This document shows, in pieces, positions 12,772 to 28,061 of a stretch of 64,000 nt of DNA. Within the stretch, counting starts at the first letter, position 1, and each line of letters starts with the position of its first letter. A program made the position numbers and the translations under genes. Where the stretch lies: the NCBI RefSeq assembly GCF_037042905.1, contig NC_087245.1, positions 29,080,001-29,144,000 on the forward strand. Direction: 5' to 3'. Source of the stretch: Lytechinus pictus (Eukaryota). The notes beneath the pieces were generated by a model, which saw nothing but the letters and a program-made list of their open reading frames with translations, had not been told where the DNA came from and did not search any database.

Positions 12772-15700
12772 TCAACCATTGTATGCTTAGTGGTATATAA
12801 TATGGACGATATAACGAGTATTTCAAACCTCCTGACAGTTGAAAAATGATAAGAAATGCTTAAAACTAAACTATTGAAACTTTTTACATTCAACTTGAAT
12901 TTCAAAAAGAGAAAATTGTGATAAAAAAGGAAAGAGGTAGACAAAATTTAGATTTTGATTCCTTTGTTATGCTCGTATTTGGTCTGCAATCTATGGCGCA
13001 ATTAGCCCCAAAATAGGGTATCAGACATGTGGCCGAATTTCCAAAAAGCTGCGAGCGAGCGAGGAATTTCTGTTGACATTTTTTTTTAAATCTAATTTTG
13101 TGATAGATTTTTGACAGCATCATTTCATTTCTTTACTTTTCTCCCCTTTATTGATTTACCTCCTCATCTGTACGCCAGTGTCTGTAATGTTGAGAGTGAA
13201 ACGGTATAGCAGTCACCCCCAGCGGTCACATCAGAAGTCAAAGTGAATTAGTTCATAGGAAGTAGATCTAGGTTAATGAAGACTCGGTTTTGTCTTGAAA
13301 AAAATCTCAATGGGATACCGCCCATATCAGTCTGATTCCATTCTTTCTGCCTCTCCCTCTCATCCTATCTTATATATGTATTACGACATTTTATTGAAAA
13401 ATTGATATCGTGTAATATTGATTTAAAAATTGTTTTCATCATTTGATATACCTGTACATTGTCTCCTTTCTACCGGATACGAAAGCAAGGTTGACAACAA
13501 TCAAATTGCGTAAAAGAACAAACAATAATATGAGTGAGCAAATTACTTTAATCAAGCCATATTATCAACTCAATGTCGACAGTATTACAAGTTCGACTTT
13601 CAAAATATCTATGGGAACTGTGACGTAATCCCCGGATTAATAAGTTTTGTATATGCGACTGAGCTAAGCGACCGAGCGAGAATGAGGTTTTTTTTTTTTT
13701 TTTTTTTTTTGGGGGGGGGGCTTTTCATTATAAACACGACGGAGTTTAGCGACCAAGTGAGAGAAAAAAATGTCATTCTAAGTGTATGCGGCATTTTGAA
13801 CAGCAGAAAGCGGTCGACATTCTCAACCCGGAAAATCTGACAAGCCAGCAAACAGGAGGGTGGTCAATTTCATATTTACGGTCGACATTGTCCAGTTAGA
13901 AAATCCGAGAAACAAAATATTAATCCAACAAAATATGAGCACAATGCAATACAAAATTAACAAAATAATTCAATGGAATTAAAAACGAAAATGAATAAAT
14001 CAGGAATACGATTTTCATTCATCACTTTCTAAGTGTACAATCCACATGCTTTCTAGGCCTATATTCTTTCCGTCTACATGTATGCTACTTTCGATAAAAG
14101 CTCGAGCAATGCAGTCTTTGCTCAATTCCGATGATGTTTAGAGCGAAACGCTCTCACGTTCGCCTGAAATTCGAAAATTGGTCTCATCGCGACCCGCTGA
14201 GAAACAATTCAATTTGGCTAGGATTGGAATCAAATTTTCACAGGGCCGCTAATTTTAGCTAAACATCACGCTGGGTTGTAGGCAAAAGCGTGTGGCGACC
14301 CTAAGGTGGTTAAGAATACAGGTCTATTCGCCATGGAGAAAAATTGTGATTTCTAAGAATAGATGAAGATGATTCACAATCATATTGTTTAACTGCAAGT
14401 GAAAGAGTCAGTAATTACAATTGCGAACAAAGACAGTGCTTCAATCGATCATATCTCCATGACCTCAAGAATGCCTTTATTGTGTGTGTGAACCTGTGAG
14501 GGGTTACTGACATGGAAAAACCGGGGCCATAAAGAGATACACTTAATATCTAGTTAATTGTATCTTACGTTACAGCGTTACGGGGATATGTAACCGACCT
14601 CTCACGTAGTCCTACTCTCACGTCACCTTCCGAATGTCGTGACACGACAGAACCATGCAAGAATGTAGGCCTACATACAGATGGAACTACCTCGCCCAAG
14701 CATGGTCATGCGTGCTGTAGCTGGGTTTCGAACCGCGGACTTTCACGAGTGCCTTTTGAGAGACCATTCGGCCACGGTACTTCCAACGAATAGGGAATGG
14801 TCCACGTATCATGCTTCGTTTACCCACCACTCACAACCATGACAACAAAAAACGTGAATCACCAGAAATAAGCAGAGAAAATATTTGCAATATGACAGTG
14901 ATTTGAAATAAACTCATTTATTCATGCTCGACTTTGTTTCAAGACAGAGACAGGCTAGTGAAAGAAGCGGGGGAGATTGAGGAATTAATTGAGGGATAAA
15001 TTAAAGTCAATCAAGCGACAAATAAAATAAAATAGAGAGAAGGGAATGGTCGAAAGTGGGGGAAATTCATGAAAAAAAAGCGAGTTGGCTGATTTGTATT
15101 TGGAACGAGAAAGGGGCATGATTTGTGATCTCGCTGACATATTTACGACTGGACTTCAAATAAACCAAACTTCTCGAGCATCTACAGGTACAGCGGATGT
15201 CTTCAATATGTTTGATAGTTTTAGACAAAACAGACTTTTGGAGAGTTGTAGGACGGCTAGCGAAGATGTAAACGACTCCCCTCCCAAAAATACAATAATT
15301 TGCAAAGCAGCATTTTTAGCATTAGACGAATCGAGGAGTCTCATTTAAAATATCACAGACCCCCCCCCCCTTCCCCGGACTAAAGTTACGCAAATTTGCA
15401 TTATTGTACATCATTGTCCCCTTCCTGTGCTGTACAGATATGGAAGGATAGCAATTCCTTACCATAAATTGGGAGAAAACTTCATTATACAAAGTAATTA
15501 GCTTTCCTGTTTGAAACACCAATTAAAACTATAAAAATGTGTTCGAATGAACATACTGAAGAAAAATAGTAATTTTATACAGAGGGAGTGAAGATAAGAA
15601 GGGAAGGGGGGGGGGGTGGGCAAATATCCTATAAGGAATCAATAATCGTAAAAAATAAAACATCTGCTCCACACTTTTGCAGGATTTGAATGCTAAAATG

Positions 15701-18700
15701 CGAGTCCCTTTATAATTCACATAATCATGATTTAGTGGAATCTATTTTCGGAACTTATATTTAGACTCTAATCCAGTTTCAAAACACAGACTACTCTTTT
15801 CACACAGTGATATTGACCTGGACTTGAATCTTGGACATGCCTCATGATTTCCGGTCAAGATTGAGGACACTTTAGAAGAGGAAATACCAAGGAAGTAATA
15901 ATTGTCAATCTTTGATAAATTACATTGAATATTCCCCCACAACATCTTTGCCTATCATCTACATATACCAAAGGCAAAGGGAAGAGAAAAATTAATGCAT
16001 GTACACTCACTTAACAATGATACCGAATTTGAACATAATTATCAACAGAAATCAAATAATTTGATCAACAAATTAAACTTCGCAGTTAAACTCAAATAAA
16101 AGGAGCGAACCAAACTTTTTCCTAAATCAACAAAAGAACTGGCAATTTTCACCTTTTTGCGTGTTTTTTTTTGTATTCACAAGTTTCAAGCAGACACCAT
16201 CAAAGCGAAAATTTGTAAAATGTGGGAGCAAAATTGAAAATTGGAAAATAAAAAAAAGGAAATCCGTGTCATTATCAAGCTACTATAGGCTAACGAACTG
16301 AGAACACTGCAGGAGGTTATAAACATCAGTTCATTTCCCTTAAAAATTTACATGAAACCACCATTGTTTGTTTACTTCACTGGTTCGGGAGGAGTGGTTG
16401 TCATAGGGACAAGACGCCGCTCTAGAGGATAAGACCGAGTGGACAAATCTACTACATGTATTGTCTTTTCCATTGACCCAATACAATTAAATCGTGTTTT
16501 TATTCAGAAAATTCAAACATAGATTTATTAATAACAATTTAATCATTCGTGTTTCTAAATTATTGTTTAATAGAACAATACTTTCCTTGATTAATAGATT
16601 TTTTTTATTGAAATATATTTTTTATTGAGAATATTTATTTCTCACTCACCAATTCTTTACCCGTCGGCATTAAACTACATGTATTCCAGGAAAAAAATAT
16701 AAACCCCAACTACGATGACTACATTACCAAAATAAATAAGTTATACCATTAATGCAAGCTCGTTTATTAATAGCAAGCTTGCATCCAATTCTGCAGGGTC
16801 TCCTCCACAAGCGTTGACAGCATTGATGTATGTTGCATTGTATTTCCTGTTCAAATTTGTCTATCTTATATTATTTTACAGGACAGTGTATCCGCTCTAT
16901 ACCTCATGCCCGTTAAGTCCTTCAAAGTTCAAGTAAATTTTGAGCCAATGCGCGCGTATGTCTGCGACAATACCTGATGATTATTAATTGTGACGTTTTA
17001 AGGGAAGTGTGTCGGTAGCACAAACTTCCCTTATTTCATTTGGATAATTTATCGACGTGAAAATCAGTCTATCTCAAAGAAAACATCTCCCAGATGAAAT
17101 CACAACGTGTGTATGAACGTGTTTAGAATATGAGAGAATTATTGCAAAACGGAGATGTATATTGCGGGCTGAATAAAAAAAAACCCAAAACTCAGAAAAA
17201 TGGTTATTAACGAGCGAATATTTTGATGTCCTTATTCTATAATTAACACTGTCATCGTAGCAAGATCATATTGCTACAAAATATCATTATTATATCCACC
17301 AAAGTTGGTGTTTTGACATAGGCAATGTAACCCAAGCTACATGGTGATGTGATGGGTTTGAGGTTCGAGCCCTCGTCACGTAGTTTAAGATGGTGACGGT
17401 CAAGACGTAAGTTTTTTTTCATAATTTTTCGACTTTATAGTACCTACTGCATCTTACACAAAGATAAGGGTACATATCTTTTGGTAATACATCATCAATC
17501 TTTGTGATAGAAAAAAAAACGAAAACCAAATAACAACCATGACAACAATGAGGCTAATACCTCTAAAATTGGGATCCCAGTCACTTATACACAGGAACTA
17601 ACCCACCAAAAATCATGAAAAATGGTCTGTGGTTTCGAAGAATAGTCAATCCATCGTCGGGCTATGATATAAAGATAAATGGCAATATTATATGGATTCG
17701 ATAATGATGGCGAATGAATCTGACTTGAATTACAGCATCAACAAACAGAGATTGACCTGCGAGAAAACCAAGAGGCGCTCAGGTCACAATAACAGCTCAG
17801 TTTGGAGGATATTGGCGATGCAGCATGCGCCAGTCACCAAGAAGAACACCGTCCGTCCGGCTTTCATTTTTGGATGAATTATTAATCAATTTTTTAAATG
17901 AATAAACGAATACAAACATGAAGACATCTTTTTTTACATTCATGCATGGTTCAATCGGTCATTTGTCAATTTGTATTAATCATGGCTCATTTGGCATCAA
18001 TAAACGTCGGCAAATGAAGATAGTGGACATTCATTGCCCATGCACTTAAAATGAAAATTTTCACCGCCATAATTTTGCATTGTAAATTAAATGGAGTAGT
18101 TGTATGGGGTATAAAACGCGAAAACAGGACTTTCATTTTAGAAAATGCAAAAGTGCCCCCAATTAAAAGCTCGGTCGCTTCAAGGTTTCTTCGAATTTTT
18201 TTACGCGTCTTGCCCCTGGAAGAATTCTATGTATACGCCCATGCCCGAAAACAAAGCTGAAGTTATACCAAAAGGCCCCATTATAATCAATCTCGTCGCG
18301 AATATGAGCTGCTCAGGACATCATTCTTCTCAAGACATTTCTTTCTCATACACTTAACTTGGCCACCTACATCAGTTGGATCGTGCTAAAAATAAAGAAG
18401 ACGAATTCGGAATTGAAAGTACTAACTGTCACACCCATCATATCTAGTCCTATGTCCCGGAAACACCTATCACAATATATTGTCGATACATTTTGAAGTA
18501 GAATGAAAACCAATCGTTGACAGAACCGAGTTTGATGAGACGTCCTCTTCGATATTTACTTCACCGAATTGCGATTTTGAAACATTTTTTCAAGCCACAG
18601 ATGCATGTAACCTAGCAATGATAATAATGAGCGTAATAGACAAGTTTCAGAAAAAGCTTTCAAAAGAAGAAAAAAATGAAAACTAGTTAAAGTGGTTAAA

Positions 18701-21700
18701 TTACAGGGGTAAAGGGGGCTACATGTAAGTTATATATGATGTGTGTTAAACAATGATTTGAACAAAAATCCAAGCTAGGGAACCAACAAAGCAAAATAAA
18801 ATAATATATATTTCAATAGGTGACCGAATCTGATCTGTCAAAGATTAGATATTTAAAAAAGTAAAGTCGGTGAAAATTAGGATGTTCAAAACAAAGTACT
18901 ATATTTTTTATAATCAAAAGTAGGAATTTTACGAAAGTTATGGGCCTCCACTATATGCATGAGTGGGAATTGTTATCATAACTGAGTGTGTCTTGTGGCA
19001 ACGTTTGTAACCAACATAATGCATTATGAAAAGATATTCATAATTCGACAAACTTTATATTTTTTCTTCTTTTTTAATTATTCATATACATATACATATA
19101 TTTTTTTGTATTTTTATGATTACTTGTAAGTAGTTTAATCATGTTTGATTTTTTGTTTTTGTTTGACCCAATAAAACATATAAATACAAAAAAAAACTTA
19201 CACGCCCCAATCATTATGATAAATGTGCATTTTTAAAGTAAAAAACAGTATATACATAGACGTACTTGAAATTATCATGTTTTAGGGTGGCCATGAACAC
19301 AAGTTCGTTATAAATAAACAGGAAATAAAGAGCGACCGCATTATCACGACCGTCGAAAAGTGTTTCGTCCCAATTCTGTGCGAGTCTATAGCCGTTGATA
19401 AACTGGGCGCTGTCTATTTCCCTTCATTTGTTTACCTCTTAATGAAATGAACTAATCGGTTCAGATGAATCATGATTATGGGTATGTTCCACAATGTGTC
19501 GAAACGAATCGCGTTAAAGGTACAAGTCCGCTGTTATGCAACGCACTCAGAACTCGATTCTGCAACTTCATTATTTGGCCAATCACATGATACTTTGTAG
19601 TCATTGAAAAAAAGGTGATTGAGTATCCGAAGTTACTAACTTTTAATTAATCTGGAAATATTTTGCATATTGGTAAGATTTCACAGCACTGGCGTACAGA
19701 TGGGGTGGGGCTTGGGACCATCCCATCTGTAAGCCAGTAAAAAAATAATGTTTCACCACAAGAAAAAAAAAAGAAAAAAAAGAAAGAACAGGAAAGGGAC
19801 AGAATGTTTTTTATGCATATTACGTAACCGTTTGCAGTGTATGTTGCGCCTGAAATTTCGCAGCGTCCATGTAGTACTTTCTCAATATAGGTCCCATGTG
19901 GGGGCAATCGTCAGAAATGATTTCCCGTCTATGTGCTGGAACTAGTATTAAATGATAGTTCATACCCATAGAGGACATTTTGAATTACTGTTTAGGGCCA
20001 ACTTGATTTAACCCTTCCAACGACGAGACAATTTCTCCTTGTAATTCAACAGGAGACAAGGAAGGGCGTACGGTCAGTGTGACGGATAGGAAGGTTCCTT
20101 GGTTTTAATCAACCCCAGACACAACTAATTAAACAAATAAGTATGGTGTTTTCTGGAAAAAGTAACCCGTTTGCTTATTCTTACGAGCCCCTTTTCCTTT
20201 GCTACTGGGAATGACCTCGGGTAGCTCATGACTCTGCTAATTTTATAGGCTTGCGAAATTTCTTTTCTCTCGTGTTTTTTTATTCTGTTTGTTGCAGGGT
20301 TAAGATGATTTTGATATATCTTCGTCTCCAGGGTACATGGACAGTTTATACTTAAAAGCTAAATTGAAGATGGGTGGCCGAGTGTTTACTCTTAATTACA
20401 TACAGCAAGGTTGCATGCTCCTGGGTTAAGGGCATATCAATTTGTCTGGGTTACTGCAAAAAAAAAATAACAGCATGTTTTTTATCTATAGATCGGTAAA
20501 TCTTCTTTTTTTTAAGAAATCAATGTACCTGATTCATCATGCAATATCTTTATCACAGAAATGTAAATGATTGGGTAATGCAAAGATAGTGTCGAGGAGA
20601 AACGTGCTTTCGCTTTAGAGCTGCATTAGTCTAGACAAATTTGATAATAGTTACAAAAATATATATTTTTTTTTTAAATAAAGAAACAGAAAATGCAGAA
20701 GTAAAAGATGCATGAATATGAAAGCATGCACGAATATGCATGTACACGTAGGCCTATTTGTTCGAAAAGCCTTAGGATAACATACTGTTATTTTTCTTTT
20801 CCATTTTAATTATTACCATGGCAATCATTATTTTATTCACCGTGACGTCTCACAGTTGCATTAATTTATTTCATTTATATGACCAGCCAGTGGAGCATTG
20901 CTTGAGGTTAATAGCGTAATGAGCAAAGAAAAAAAAACGAGGGGGCTAGATATGGCATATCGCGTAAAACATATAAAAAGATGCGAGCGAGTGAAGCGAG
21001 CGATAAAAAAATTCGGCATTTTTATACAAAAATACAATTCCGTGATAGATTTTTACATAATATTCAGAAAATAATATATTTCGCCCTTCTCTCTTTCCTT
21101 TTCCATCCTTTTCTCTCTTTTTCTTCGTCAAGGGGGGGGGGGGGCAAGAGCCCCAAAGCACCCCCCCCCCCCCATTTTGTACGCCACTGCTTGAGGTTGA
21201 AATTCTTTATGTTTTTTATTATGGTAGTCCACAGACAACATTTTCATTCACTGACTATATACTGGTGGTCTCGGTGGACATTTTAGTGCATACAGCGCAT
21301 CGTGCCTCCCTCTCACGACATTTGGCGAGCAGAAGTAGAGAGAGTTTGACAGAGTTATTAGAAAACCGTAAACAAATCAGGACTACCCTTTTAAACTGGA
21401 GCAATAAAATAAGCTAACCTTAACTTCCGGAAGGTCGAAGCGACAGAGAGGGGTCGAACAATGTCAAGTTGCTCTTTTCTCTTCTTCTTCTTCTTCCAGA
21501 TATCGATATCGGTATGCGAGCTATCGTTGGAATTTGGTGCGACATTGAGCGGGGATGAAATTGGGTCTAATTATTGGGTTAGTCATTTGAGCACGACAAA
21601 ATGATACACAGTGAATCAGTGATTGGACATAGCATATATAGTCTGTCTGTTTGTGTGTATCTACTTCATATATTTTATATACATATTTCTGTATCCGATT

Positions 21701-24594
21701 GTTCATTTTCCTCTATATTTTCTGTATTCATTCTAGCAGTGTATTGTAAATGGTAGAATGTCTAAACATAATTAACGATCATAATTTATGATCATCATAA
21801 ATAAAAGAGAGAAAAAGGCTTTATAGAGACCATTTAGATTTACAAACCTCTAAATAGATGCAACGAATATTTTATCTAAAGGTTCGTTGGCTTTGATTTT
21901 CATGCGAACATTTTCCTATCCAAAAAAGGCCTTATAGACAGGTACATGTAAATATAATTTAATTGGGATAAAAACAATAGCTACTATGATTAATGCCCCC
22001 ATTGGGAAATAAACACGATGAGGAATATATAACAGACAAAATGAAGAATATGCATGTAGAATTGGGTTTGAATTCTCAGAAGATACGAATAAATGAACAT
22101 GGATAATCTCGAACAGATATGAACTCAATAAATTGGAATTAAGGAACGATTCGCACCAACTCTCAAGCTCTTTAATCATGTTAATTTTTGTTTATTTGAA
22201 ATACGTGGATTTAGCATCGTTGGGAATAAAACCTAAATACAGCACACTGTCAAACTGAAAAACCCAAGAAAATTCAGAGCAACGGGCAATGGTGTGTGAC
22301 GATAAACTATAACCACACGTATTAAATTGAACAATATAATTCACAAACAAATAATTATTGTTGATTATGATACAACAATGACCTCTACATTGACATGTTC
22401 ATTCACCACAATACAGCCTTCATAATTATGAACTATCTACACTTAAAAAAACGCTTTTAAAATTTTAAGCACGTTGGTTAAGCACGTTTTTACTCTGATA
22501 ATTATTGTTTGAACTTTTTATTTGTAAACAACTTGTTTAAAGATTTTAACAATTTTTTCAAAATTCACATGTAAATTGTTTGAAAGTTTAATCTACTTGT
22601 TCAAAAGTTTGAATAACTTGTTTAAAATTATAGACAAGTTCCTAAATATATTTGACATAAATTATGAAAGAGCTGCAAAAAAGTCGGTATAAAGTGGAAT
22701 GTATATAGCCTGCAGGTTTAATTAATTTATCATTTATTCAATCACATCATTCGTTTCATAGTATTTTCGAAATTGGACAAGATTATGCGAGCTGAGCTTT
22801 TGTTGCATCTGAATATTTTTAACAAAAAGTTTGAAAATGGAAACGAAATTGTTGATATACTAGGAGAAAATATCCAATACATGTATGTACAAAATATAAA
22901 GAAACAACCAATATTACCCCATTATTGATAAGATTATGGCAACACTGGTTATAGCAAGGCAGACCATGATTTCTATAGTAAAGTCTCGATAACTATATCC
23001 TTCATGCGAAAGGGGCATGGGAATTTTAAATTAGTTCTGAACGAATACAGGAAGAAGCGATTCAATTGTAATGAAAACTTTTTTTGTTGACAATAATGGC
23101 GTTGATTTACAGCGCTGTACTAATTCCAAACATTTCGTAACATCGAATAACATTCTGACTTGATTAATCAGTTGTCATTAAGAGCGCAGGCCTCTTCTCC
23201 TCTCCATCGAGAGAGGAAGTATTGCGATAAAGATATCTCTCATTAATTATCAGGTGGATTCAACTCATTGATCATTGAAGAGGCACTCTATTGGGCTTGA
23301 AAGAAGGGCAGAGAAAAACTAAATGGCCTAAAAAGAATAGATTCTAATTATACTAATTGATTCCCATAGAAATAAATTAAGATGTAAGGATATATAATGG
23401 GCCTGTATGTTATTAACATTTAATAGAACCAATTCGTATCTTTAAAAAAAAAATTGTTTTAAACACAGGCACTGCATAAAATGGTATAAATTTGCAGTAA
23501 ATTACTCAAAATTTCTTTGTAATCAATATAGAAATTGAATAACCTTTAGTAAAATATTTGCATAGAAATAATGTATTGGTTTCTGCATATATTTTCAGTT
23601 ATGAACTGTGGACACTTTTGTAAGATGTTACAGTGTATATTCTTAGTCTAGTTAGGTTTTGGTATGCTCAGGATATGAAATGTGCAGAAAATGCAATAAT
23701 TTTGGGAGGTATTCATCAAATTCAGCATGCTACAGATAATAAAGAAGTATATAATTGGAATAAAACATGGGTCTTTTGAACTGCAACACGTCGGCCTACA
23801 ACATTGCCCACCATAGCAACACATTACAACGATTACGGCGAGTGGTTCCTTTACGTTGGCAGATATTTCGTAACCAACCTAATTATGATAATAAAGATCT
23901 ATAATAGAACATTTCGTTCCGATATCAAAATGGGCGGGAAAAAACATAGCAACTTCACAATCAATCGTCTGCGGGCTATCGAATACAAACTGTGTCAATA
24001 GGCGACAGGGCCCTAAAATGCCAGTTTCCTCCCGTCTCCGAGAGGACTTGGAGAGTTAAGTCAAGAAAAGGGAGAGAAGGAGACTAAAAGCAAAAACATC
24101 CATCCTTTTCCATCAATTTTACTCAATGTTGACACGATGTTATGCGTCGGAGTTGTCATATGTGCGTCGAATTGACACAAATACACCAGTCGTTTGCTGC
24201 TAGGGATTAACTTTTTAGCCGCACACGAAAGCCCTCCAAATGTGGAAGATATGTGCCTTTCAAAGGGAGAAAAACTACAACTGCGTCCAGGTAAAACTTG
24301 TTTATTTCCCAATCTATGAATGTGCATTCACGAAATGGAATCTCTGACAATTTAATAAATTACCCTAATTAGAAAATATCTAATGAATCCAATTAACTGT
24401 GGTGAGTTCTTCTTGACAAACGTCTTCTACGATATTCGTAAGCTAACAGTTTGGAAAAATCATATGATTTCCCGTTTCGTTCGGTTCATATACACTTTCA
24501 TCACCAGTTCCAACATCGAGGTACATGTAAACATGGTGAACCTCCATGTTTCCAATTTCAACCTAGACCTAAAAGCAAGGGCCTTCTTTAATTT

Positions 24595-24605
24595 TTCTTC
24601 TCCTT

Positions 24606-24637
<32 letters not shown>

Positions 24638-24680
24638 TCTTCTTCTTCTGCCTTTTCGTCTTCTTCTTCTTCTTTTCTCT
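24595..24680 (+). repeat. (CTT/CCT)n microsatellite
   Basis: Direct observation. Confidence 0.85.
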
Positions 24681-27600
24681 TTCCCTTTCTCTTTCTATCT
24701 CTGGTTTCCCTCAGTTTGATACAGAGATACATTATGATCAAGAACACCATCCCACCCCGAATCACACTTCAAGGTCTCTACATCGGCATTCTCATGATCG
24801 TCAGAAGTAAATAGTACCCATTATACACCATATACAATAGTCGGTACTATCATTCCAATGTATCAAACATCTGAGGCTATCAGTCATCCAGACGATAGCT
24901 CATATAGAGAACACTGGTCGCCATGGTTTCCTTAATAGTTGATTGATGACATCACTTCTTCAATGTTACACGCACTCCGGTCACAATAGAAAGCTTTGTG
25001 GTGACGAAGCATTGTGCCAAGCAATAATTTTGAAGATTAAACACCTGAAATAATGCGTGAACATGCCCATGGAAAGTTTGTCACAGAAACTCCATGGTAT
25101 CCTAAAAAAGCTCAATACTATATTGTATGGCATTGGTCCTGTAATGTTCGCAAAACTTACAAAAGTTTAATACTGGGAGAAGGAGAATGAAGTGTCCATC
25201 AATGAATTCCCAACCATAACTGTACATTGGCCGACATACATGTATACCTATGTAGGTCTATATCTATATAAAGAGGGCAACGAAGCCGATTTTTTTTTTA
25301 AAGTTTCCAAAACTATACGATGACTGATAACCCAACATTCGAGAAAGATTTAATTCATTGTAGAATCAGGCGAAATTAGTGAAATAGAGTTTACGTTTTC
25401 TCACCTGTACATAATTCTGTTAAACTACCAATCACTTTGATAATGAATATTATCAAAGTAATTGTTAGCCTAACAGTCTCGAAAATGAAAACCGAGTGAA
25501 GAAAGTTAATGACATTCACAAGATTAAGAGAGACTGTAGTCACTCTAAATTCACTCTGAATTGAGTGATCCTTGACGTCACTACCAAAGAGGCGAGTGGA
25601 AATGGAATCATTTTTTTCCAGAGAGTTTAAAGTAACAGAATTTCCCCGTAATAGAGACCTTGCCTGAGTTTTTTTTCGGGGGGTGGGGTCTCAATCATTA
25701 TTTTTATATCATGATATCTAAGGAAAATCATTCAAATAGTGTATTTTGTCAGTCTTTCACTGATCTAGATTAAGTGCTTGAATTTGATGAAGGTTGTGAT
25801 GTTATTGCAGAATACACTCTTGGATTCATGGAAATGTGGACATGGTGGACGTCATAATGGTTTCAGTAACAGGTGTACAGCGTCTATTTTTCTGTATTTT
25901 CATACGTACACGAGGAGCATCTATAATTTATAGTGAATTCTCTGTAATTTGCGTTCCACGCAGGTGTGTGATAATTACAAAATTCATCACATCTTGATCT
26001 ATTTCAAGGACATTCATTTTCATTATCTTCATGAAAACCCACGATTTTCGAACTTAATCGTAAAAAATTGCATTTTAAGATCGCATGGCGATACTGCACA
26101 ATGCCTATTGTAAGGGTTGAAGTCAATAACCTGGAAAGAATAGAAACCGCTAAATTGAATGATGAGAGATGAAAATAGGATTGAATACACTGAAGTTAAT
26201 CAGTTGTGAATTCAATCATAAATACTAAATGCTGTCAATAGCGAAATCAAGTTGATTGATTATAATATTATCTCGCTAACATGCACCCCCCCTTCCGCCT
26301 ATTTCTCTCTGCCTCTTAGCCGATTGAGAATGGCAATATCATGTAATAATGTTTTAAATTTATGGAGCAAATTTGTATTCACATCATTCAATAGGAGTAT
26401 CCCTGTTGACATAGGCCTATAATACGATACATTTTCATGGACATGAACTTTTTTGTCTGTAATATTCATTACTCACAAGATCAAAATGTATTTTATGACT
26501 ATCGTAGAAACAGTAAGATGCAATAGTAATACATACATGGAGACTGCGAAATATTAAATTTCATTTGACTAAAATGATGATTATTTTCAGCAATCTTGAT
26601 GAAACAAACCAGAATGCAAAATTCAACACCTATGAATAAAATAGGCCTTCATCATAGGCCTAATTTCAGTTAGAACCAAAAAGTAGTTCTTGTGAGACTT
26701 TAATATCAAATCCTAAACAAAATCATACAATACCCTATACAGCGAATTGAACTGATATATTATTCATACATTGAAAGTGATGGGAATAAGCGAAATAACG
26801 GTCCACTTTCTTGGCAGAATTCAGCCAATTTTGACCCCCATGTGTCAGAAAGTCGATTTTTGTTTGCGATCGGAGAGGTTTCCACACGTAAACAACTCAA
26901 CCCATCGACAGGTGGAAAATAAATAGGGCTGACTTTGACACGAGGTCTTGTCTATACAAAGCAAAAACGATTATGTCGGGGAATATTGTTTGGGGTAAAT
27001 AACTTATTGGTTTCCAATTCTTTCCTGGATACAAGGAAAAATATGTTCCATTATAATGGTTATGCGCGGATATTATGAAGTAAACTAAATGTCAGAATTA
27101 CAATTTTGCTTTGGTGCACACATGTATCTGAAATGCAGATGTTTGAAGGTAGGCAAGCTTACTCAACATGCCTCCCCTCCAAATACATGAAATAAAGTAT
27201 AGCTACAATGTATGGACAATATAACATTCGTTCGATTTTGTTCATAAATTACTTCAAGACCTTAATCATACTATACTAACGGGCACAATTTTCTTAATTT
27301 CGTGAAATATAGCTACTGAAAATCAATAAAAGACTTGATTTTTACCCGTCGTTGTGAATGTGATTAGAAAAATAAGGACATAATGACCATCTCATATCAC
27401 ACATCTATTACGAATCAAATTCATTATACGCAATTTTCTACCCATTTCTTCCATATAAATAGTAAATTCTTGAATATTCATATGATGTGTTTAGTGGTGT
27501 GTTTATTCTTGAATATTTATTTGTTCAGGTACACAACACATTACATGTACATAAGTAGGGCCTATAGATTTTTTGAGTCAGATATATTTTTTAGAGAGTG

Positions 27601-28061
27601 TTTTACCCATACTGTATAAGTCTATATTCATTCTCAATTTCTTATAGATACTGGAATAATGTTAACTTAATTAAAATTTAGATTTAGATTAAATTGAGAA
27701 AAAACGTAAGACCTTGATATTTGTCGTATTCATATATATGTTTTGTATTGTAAAACTTGTTTAAAAGGTATCTTGTCGTTGTCAGTCGTTCAAATTTATG
27801 ATAGGCATATAAATCAGGTAGGCATATCGAGGCATATATGTTACAATTTTGCAATTTTATGCAAAATGAAAAGAAAAATGAAACACATTAAGGATTGGGA
27901 CGTGCCGGGACGTGCCTATATAGAAATTTAATTCGTATCATTATTATGTCGTCTGAAAACTATCACTGCAAACTCAATATCGTTTTCAATGTGAATAACG
28001 TATGACGATAAAATAATGTCATAGGTTAAAGAAAAAAAGGAGATGGTGAGTGTGCACTTAC

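Larger units (their letters stand above)
1..28061 (-). other. BMP5-8: Probable BMP5-8 intron 1 (open-ended, >28 kb)
   Basis: Canonical GTAAGT donor at 28061-28056. No downstream BMP prodomain or mature-domain exon was recognised in 1-28061 by eye or in the ORF track. Confidence 0.65.

Noticed and set aside
20010..20050. Minus-strand ELQGEIVSSLEG as possible BMP5-8 exon 2 (PxGExVTxAE motif)
   Set aside because: No flanking FD/ELR motifs or supporting splice context; chance match.
27928..28061. ORF extension past SLP (GKCTLTISFF...)
   Set aside because: Read-through of the GTAAGT donor into intron 1; BMP similarity stops at the donor.
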